Shown: piece by piece, positions 58,623 to 64,000 of the stretch | How positions within the stretch are numbered: the stretch's first letter is position 1 | Layout: every line of letters starts with the position of its first letter | Assembly: GCA_017640445.1 (NCBI GenBank) | Contig: JAEPQQ010000009.1 | Location: forward strand, 4,013 to 68,012 | Source: Bacteroidia bacterium | GTDB taxonomy: Bacteria > Bacteroidota > Bacteroidia > NS11-12g > UBA9320 | Length of the DNA: 64,000 nt | Direction of reading: 5' to 3' | Made by a program: the position numbers and the translations under genes | The notes under the pieces: generated by a model | Told to the model about the DNA's origin: nothing | The model's input: only the letters and a program-made list of their open reading frames with translations | The model's database searches: none

Positions 58623-60446
58623 TTATTCGGTTGGTAAGATGAGTTGGATTTTACTTCCCGGCAGGTCAGGAGAGGAAAGAAGGTCGATGCTGGCATCCAG
58701 TCCCTGTTCAACAAACAACAAAATCCGTTCACGTGTAATGGCCAACTGTTCGCCGGCATCAGAGAACGATGTAATCGTTTGGTGAGGGTTGTTGTCGGAA
58801 ATGGTGCACTGTATGTATTTGCCTGGTTTAGGTTCAAAATGAATTATTAGTGTTCCGTCCTTTATGTCGGCGAGACCTCTCCGCAAAGCATCTTCACAAA
58901 TGGGTTGAATCAGAAAGGTTGGAATAAAAACACGAGCCTTTTGAATCATTGGATCAACGTGGATTTTAAATTCAAAAGATTCCAGGAGCCTTTTTCGCTC
59001 TAGTTCCAGATAATTGCTTAGAAAGAGAACCTCAGACGATATACTCGTTTTGTTGGCTCTGGAGTGTTCCAGACCGGTTCGCATTAGCTGTGCGAATTTG
59101 CCTATGCTCGAATAAGCATTGGCCAAATCTTCCTTAACAATGTCAGATTGTATAGAACCTAAAGAGTTGAACACAAAGTTTGGGTTAAGTTGGCTTTGGA
59201 GAGAGGCAAGTTCGCTCCGTTTGATTCGAAGGTTTAGCATGGCATTTTTTTGTTCTTCCAGAAGAACTCGGTTTAACGATAATTGCCGCTCTTCCTTAAG
59301 TCGATTAATTAGATCGGCCAGTGCAAGTGAAAGCAACACGGTTTCCAATGCAGTGCCAATGGCAATAATGTTATTGGTGAACCAGTTAAAAGGCAGAAAA
59401 CCAAAGTCTTTGAATACGTATATGATGTTGCCCAGCATAAAAACCAACCAGGCAATGAATACTGTTTTTGCCGATTTGTTCTTCTTTACAAAACCAATGT
59501 ATGCGGAGCAACCTAGGATCAAAACAGCGCAATAGAATGCGTTTATCTGAAGCACAAAAACGGCCGATTGAAGGTAACCGCTAAACGTCATGATCAAGAC
59601 GGCAACATAGCTAGAATATACGAGGTAGAAGGCCCACCGCATTCGAGGAATATAAGAGCGTACATCAATGAACCGATAAACGAAACTAGCCCCACTAAGG
59701 GCCAGGAAAACAACCAGCATAGGCAGTGATTCACGGTTGTATTGGATGCCAAGAATGGGAAAGTAGTTTTGGTATAAACCAATGATTGCACTTTGTCCAA
59801 ACAGCGAAAAGAATACATAGACCACATAGTGCAGGTATAAGTTGATACGGGTCACAAAAAAGATGACCAGGTTGTACAACATCATAACCAGCATAATGCC
59901 CACGAACATGCCGTAGATCAACACATTTCGGGCGTGCCGTTTGCCCACCACTTTTTCGCGCTGGCCAAATTCAAAAGCAAGAAGAATTTGTTGATCCGAT
60001 TCCATTCTAAACCAAGCCGTTCGAGACTCTCCCGGAAGTATGTTCATCTCAAAGTGATACCCGAGATCCCGAACCGTTTTCTCATTGATATAGGTAATGC
60101 CCGTCGTTCTTTTTGAATGGTCATTGGAAAAATCAACGCTGTCGTAAAAAGTGAGATGACTCACATTGGCCACCGGATAATGGATGCTCAGGCTGGAGTC
60201 GTTTGTTGTGTTGACAACGTTAAATCGCACCCAGACAGGTGATGTTTGCATGCCGAGGTTCGGAATGCTTGCATCGCTTGTGGCCCAGTTTCTAGATTGT
60301 AGCGACGTGGGAGTGGAGCTGTTACTTTCGTCAATGAAGTATTCGATCTCGCTGCCCGATAGCATGCGTCGGTCGCCCGCGTTCGATGCGAGTGAAATTA
60401 GGCATAGGCCCAAACAGGCAATAAATAAGCAGAGTCGCTTGGTCAT
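58623..60446 (-). CDS. 7TMR-DISM sensor paralogue with a degenerate kinase core (predicted pseudokinase)
   Basis: Same architecture and strong similarity to the downstream gene. However the H-box reads QLNPNFVFNSLGSIQ (Asn codon 59178..59180), the N-box is ICEDALRRG, G1 is ISDNNPHQ and G2 is AGEQLAITRER. Confidence 0.75.
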   Translation of the reverse strand: MTKRLCLFIACLGLCLISLASNAGDRRMLSGSEIEYFIDESNSSTPTSLQSRNWATSDASIPNLGMQTSPVWVRFNVVNTTNDSSLSIHYPVANVSHLTFYDSVDFSNDHSKRTTGITYINEKTVRDLGYHFEMNILPGESRTAWFRMESDQQILLAFEFGQREKVVGKRHARNVLIYGMFVGIMLVMMLYNLVIFFVTRINLYLHYVVYVFFSLFGQSAIIGLYQNYFPILGIQYNRESLPMLVVFLALSGASFVYRFIDVRSYIPRMRWAFYLVYSSYVAVLIMTFSGYLQSAVFVLQINAFYCAVLILGCSAYIGFVKKNKSAKTVFIAWLVFMLGNIIYVFKDFGFLPFNWFTNNIIAIGTALETVLLSLALADLINRLKEERQLSLNRVLLEEQKNAMLNLRIKRSELASLQSQLNPNFVFNSLGSIQSDIVKEDLANAYSSIGKFAQLMRTGLEHSRANKTSISSEVLFLSNYLELERKRLLESFEFKIHVDPMIQKARVFIPTFLIQPICEDALRRGLADIKDGTLIIHFEPKPGKYIQCTISDNNPHQTITSFSDAGEQLAITRERILLFVEQGLDASIDLLSSPDLPGSKIQLILPTE

Positions 60447-60514
60447 GGCAAGTGTACCTACGCTGCAATCCATCATTGCCGTAGGGGTTCTCAGTTGTTA
60501 ATGATTTTACGAAA

Positions 60515-60554
60515 TAAAAAAGCCTATAGCACGGTTTAATGCCATGGAATAGGC
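60515..60554 (-). terminator. probable terminator between the M4 protease gene and the sensor pair
   Basis: Minus strand: gcctat...ataggc stem with additional internal pairing, followed by T6. Confidence 0.5.
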
Positions 60555-60611
60555 AAGATACAAAATAATTTTCTTATTCTGTTAACAGCCAGTGGGTTGT
60601 GGGCTGTAAAT

Positions 60612-63600
60612 CTACCGAACCAGATAGATTGGTCCCGATCGAAGTACTTCGTTTCCGTTCATATCTATACCTTCAAACCAATAGTGATAAGTGCCAAGCA
60701 AGGCCTTCTTTTTATTGGCGAAGCCATCCCATTGGTTGTTGGGCATTGATGTTTCGTGAACGATCTCTCCCCATTCATTAAAGATACGAATGGTATACGA
60801 TTGCATACCTCTTACAACAAACCCAAACTGGTCGTTTATCTCATCGTGGTTTGGGCTCACTGCATTGGGTATATACAGAACAAAGGCATCGCTGATTACC
60901 AGTTCTTTTGAACGTTGATGACTACAGCCAATGCCGTTTGATGCAACCAAAGTAATGGTATAGCGACCGCTATCCGGATAGGTATGACTTGGGTCGTCAA
61001 GAGAGGTCTGACTGCCATCACCAAACGTCCAGTTAAACGAAGTTGCGTGTTCGGAATGATTGGAGAACTCCACAGTCTTATTAAGGAAGTCGGGGTGAGT
61101 GGGCGTGAAAAAAAAGTCGGAGACCGGATGAGGAAAAACTTCCAATTCTCGTTCTTTAATCATGGAGTCGATACAACCAAATTCGTTCCGTGAGATAAGC
61201 TTAATGGTATAAACACCGGTATTTGAGTACGCGTGTACGGCGTTTCTATCACCGGAGATTGTGCCGTCACCCAAATACCATGTGTAGTCGTCCTTTGAAG
61301 TCTCTACTGTTCTGTTGGTAAAGAAAACATCCACTCCGGTGCACGTAGGGTTCTCCGCAAGCTCGAAATTTGACCTTGGAAGAGGATTGACTGTAACCGT
61401 GTAGTTCGCTCTATAGGCTTCACTACAGTTGTCGGTTAACCCAATCGTGTACGTAGTTGTTGATGGCGGAGTTAGTGTTTTTTGGCCACCTAATCCCTGG
61501 TTTTGATTCCATTCAATTGTATGATTTCCCGATAGCCCACCAGAGGCTAGGGCCTCTATGGTAACCGACTGTCCAAAGCATATTGATGTGTCGGCAGGAA
61601 GTTGGAGCGTCAACGGAGATCGAACTACAATGGAATGTTGATCGACACCGGATTTTGGGGTACATCCATCTGCCACCACTAATGAAATAGACGTGTCTTT
61701 GTACACCGTTACGTTGAAACTACTTGAACTCGAATTGCCCATGTTCCAATCAGGTACATGGTTTTCGTCTTTACCACCAGTCGATGTGTACGACAAGGTT
61801 ATGGTTTCACCGTAACAAGCTGTGTCGGAACCAATAATTTGTGCACTTATGGGGTCTAGAACCCGGGTTTGAACAGAAAGGACAGGTTCATATGAGCTAC
61901 ACCCATCCAGCAAACGAACACGAACTGTTGTGTCGGATTTGGGTTGGATGTTTAAGTCAGAATTCGAAACAGGTCCATCTCCCCAATCAAACAAGTGATT
62001 TGCAGGGATGCCACCGGAGGCAAGGGCTCTATGATTGGCAACAGTGCCGTCGCAAATCGTGGTGTCGTTGCTAAGCGTTAGCCTTAGAGAATCTCGCACG
62101 GCCCCTTGAAAAAAAGCTGTGTCAAAGGTTTCAGTACAGCCATCCGTGATCCGAACCCAAAAGTCATGTGCTCCAGGTGTAAGATTCTGCCTGGCCGAAA
62201 CAAGTTCTGTGAGTGGGCCAACGGTGCTGCCGTTGTCAGATGTGAACCAATATGTTCCGAGCCCTCCTTTTGGTTTAATCGAAAAGTTGAAGTCGGCACC
62301 CTGACAGACAATGGTGTCAGAGGTTTGGCTGTATTCGATGGAATCCCGAACTATAATTCGAATTGTGTCAAAGAGTTCCTGCTTCATGCAAACTTCTCTG
62401 TAGCGCAGGTAAATCACCGTGTCTTTCGTGGCAACAAACGACTGGCGTTGGCTACCGGGAATTCCGTTCCAGTAATATACCCGATCCGGAGCACTTCCTC
62501 CAGAACCAAAAGCTTCTATGGTAATGGGCTGTTTATAACAAACCGTTGTGTCGGGAGTACGGGTGAGTTTGAGAGCCGGCCTGAAAGCTTCAAATCTGGC
62601 CTTGAATCCGGTTCCTACCACGTAGGGGTCGGAAAAGTGGGTAACGGTAAACCCACCTGTATAACTGACAAGGGGTTTGCCGCCGTTTGGCAGGGTTTGG
62701 CCTGTAAAACCACCCAACAGAATTCCTTGTGTATTATATCCTGAATAAACATAAACGGAATCGTAGCCGTTCTCATAATCAAATTCAAGAAAAGTAAGGT
62801 GTGCACTATCACTTATCGAAAAGTCGATGACTAAGGTGTCTCTCGAAAGGCCTTCATATCGACCTTCACCTGCGTGATCATAAATGTAACCATCACACAA
62901 GTTAACCCGGCTATGAGATCGTTGTGGTAAAAGGTAGCTGTTACAAATGTGTCGGGTTGAATCAAACAGAAGGTAGTTGGTCTTTACCATAGTGTCTTTC
63001 ACCCCTTTGTAACAGCCTTCGGCAATCAGCTGAACGGTGAAATACTGTTGCGAGTTATATGCATGAGCCGGATTCTGAGCAGTAGAAGACGAACCATCTC
63101 CGAAACTCCATTCAAACTTTGAGGCGTTTGTTGAGAGGTTGGTGAACTGAACCACATCACCATTGCGACAAAAAGCCGTATCAGACATAAAATCGGCCAC
63201 AACCAGGCTGCTGTCGTATTCATCTCCAACACCAACCGCATACCACGCATTTGTAGTAGCTTCTACTTCCTTACTACAAAATCCATAGAGGTCTACGGCA
63301 GACTGAATACCATAATACCGGGCATCGTCATATTTCGATGTACGGGTGAGATAAACCGTGAGATTTCGATAGGCAATTTGTTCTGCTTTTCGGATGCCAA
63401 TACTATCAACGGTATAAGTATCATTATTGTCGTTCGTGCCAGACCGACCTTCGCACAACAGGTAAAACCAAAAGTTTTGAACGCCACTGTTGGTATGAAC
63501 ACCTCCATTGTCACTCGACCGCGTGTGCCAATATTGCCCCTTATAGGTAGTTGGGTCGCGATGTGTTTTTGGATTAGACATATTCCGAATTCCATTGGCA

Positions 63601-64000
63601 CTCGCCATAATGTCTTCGCCCATTCGCCACGAAAACTGAGTTGAATCGGTGTAGTACTCAATGGCATTGCCAAAGATGTCGCTGAACGATTCATTTAGAG
63701 CCCCACTTTCATAAGAATATACCAGGTTGGCACTGTTCGTCGTGACTGCATGTGATACTTCGTGCCCGCATATATCTATGCTTGTGAGAGGAGTGTAAGA
63801 AGTTCCATTCCCATCACCATACGTCATGACACTTCCATTCCAGAAAGCATTGACATAGCGATTGGCATAGTGGACATAGCTTCGGATTTTGGCACCGTTG
63901 TTATCAAAACTATTTCGGTTAAATCGCTCCTGGAAATAGTCGTATGTCATTTCGGCTCCAAAGTGTGCGTCGCCTGCTATTTCATCAAAGTTTGAATTGT
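60612..64000 (-). CDS. secreted M4 (thermolysin-like) zinc metalloprotease with PKD, CUB-like and SprB-like repeat modules and a T9SS type B C-terminal domain (N-terminus beyond the window)
   Basis: The frame stays open to base 64000 (..DAHFGAEMTYDYF..). HEVSH lies at 63750..63764, with GALNESFSDIF and VHTNSGV. Three PKD domains (WSFGDGSS, WYLGDGT, WTFGDGSQ). C-terminus IPNAVSPNHDEINDQF...WDG...GTYHYWF is the gliding-motility-associated CTD. Confidence 0.9.
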   Translation of the reverse strand, partial: NSNFDEIAGDAHFGAEMTYDYFQERFNRNSFDNNGAKIRSYVHYANRYVNAFWNGSVMTYGDGNGTSYTPLTSIDICGHEVSHAVTTNSANLVYSYESGALNESFSDIFGNAIEYYTDSTQFSWRMGEDIMASANGIRNMSNPKTHRDPTTYKGQYWHTRSSDNGGVHTNSGVQNFWFYLLCEGRSGTNDNNDTYTVDSIGIRKAEQIAYRNLTVYLTRTSKYDDARYYGIQSAVDLYGFCSKEVEATTNAWYAVGVGDEYDSSLVVADFMSDTAFCRNGDVVQFTNLSTNASKFEWSFGDGSSSTAQNPAHAYNSQQYFTVQLIAEGCYKGVKDTMVKTNYLLFDSTRHICNSYLLPQRSHSRVNLCDGYIYDHAGEGRYEGLSRDTLVIDFSISDSAHLTFLEFDYENGYDSVYVYSGYNTQGILLGGFTGQTLPNGGKPLVSYTGGFTVTHFSDPYVVGTGFKARFEAFRPALKLTRTPDTTVCYKQPITIEAFGSGGSAPDRVYYWNGIPGSQRQSFVATKDTVIYLRYREVCMKQELFDTIRIIVRDSIEYSQTSDTIVCQGADFNFSIKPKGGLGTYWFTSDNGSTVGPLTELVSARQNLTPGAHDFWVRITDGCTETFDTAFFQGAVRDSLRLTLSNDTTICDGTVANHRALASGGIPANHLFDWGDGPVSNSDLNIQPKSDTTVRVRLLDGCSSYEPVLSVQTRVLDPISAQIIGSDTACYGETITLSYTSTGGKDENHVPDWNMGNSSSSSFNVTVYKDTSISLVVADGCTPKSGVDQHSIVVRSPLTLQLPADTSICFGQSVTIEALASGGLSGNHTIEWNQNQGLGGQKTLTPPSTTTYTIGLTDNCSEAYRANYTVTVNPLPRSNFELAENPTCTGVDVFFTNRTVETSKDDYTWYLGDGTISGDRNAVHAYSNTGVYTIKLISRNEFGCIDSMIKERELEVFPHPVSDFFFTPTHPDFLNKTVEFSNHSEHATSFNWTFGDGSQTSLDDPSHTYPDSGRYTITLVASNGIGCSHQRSKELVISDAFVLYIPNAVSPNHDEINDQFGFVVRGMQSYTIRIFNEWGEIVHETSMPNNQWDGFANKKKALLGTYHYWFEGIDMNGNEVLRSGPIYLVR

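Noticed and set aside
62106-62744. 212-aa plus-strand ORF antisense to the M4 protease gene.
   Set aside because: It lies inside the repeat and CUB-like region of a clearly coding minus-strand gene and has no recognisable domain.
1-64000. Scan for CRISPR arrays, tRNA/rRNA genes, transposases, integrases, phage modules, reverse transcriptases and obvious defence or toxin-antitoxin gene pairs.
   Set aside because: None were recognised by eye. The only direct repeats found are the 87-bp pair and short tandem 9- and 10-mers. A proper tRNAscan, Infernal or defence-finder run could still reveal something I cannot see manually.

Overview
Dense chromosomal segment of about 60 protein-coding genes, with very short intergenic spacers and many overlapping gene ends. 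It most likely comes from a Bacteroidota genome, probably Flavobacteriia-like. The evidence is T9SS type A and type B C-terminal sorting domains, SprB-like repeats, a DUF1800/DUF1501 pair, DUF3467 directly after rpoC, 7TMR-DISM/LytS-type kinases and TAnnTTTG-like promoter boxes. All calls come from reading the supplied translations and the DNA by eye, and no search was run.

Most of the content is housekeeping or core:
- Central metabolism and replication: rpoC 3-prime end, gcvP, rfbC, a UvrD/PcrA-type helicase, lysC, fbp, dcd, mnmE.
- Envelope and redox: kdsC, fdx-iscX, the NfeD-FloA pair, dsbD, a LOG-family protein, chrA.
- Envelope, secreted and uncharacterised membrane proteins are interspersed among these.

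I saw no rRNA, tRNA, CRISPR array, transposase, integrase or phage genes, and I cannot point to a clear new multi-gene system.

The items most worth a second look are:
1. A tandemly duplicated 87-bp intergenic module at 27689-27943. Each copy carries two hairpin-plus-U-tract structures that fold cleanly only as minus-strand RNA. They could be stacked terminators or twin sRNA candidates.
2. A tandem pair of paralogous 7TMR-DISM sensor kinases. The upstream copy has lost the phospho-acceptor His, the N-box Asn and the G1/G2 boxes, so it looks like a pseudokinase.
3. A DUF1501 protein with both a twin-arginine signal and a T9SS C-terminal domain, next to a signal-less DUF1800 partner.
4. A very large M4 metalloprotease carrying PKD, CUB-like and five SprB-like modules plus a type B T9SS domain.
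5. A phased A/T-tract array with a palindrome across the putative TTG start of a cysteine-dioxygenase-like gene.
6. An accessory-looking patch at 51-54.8 kb that includes a possible orphan Imm11-like immunity gene.
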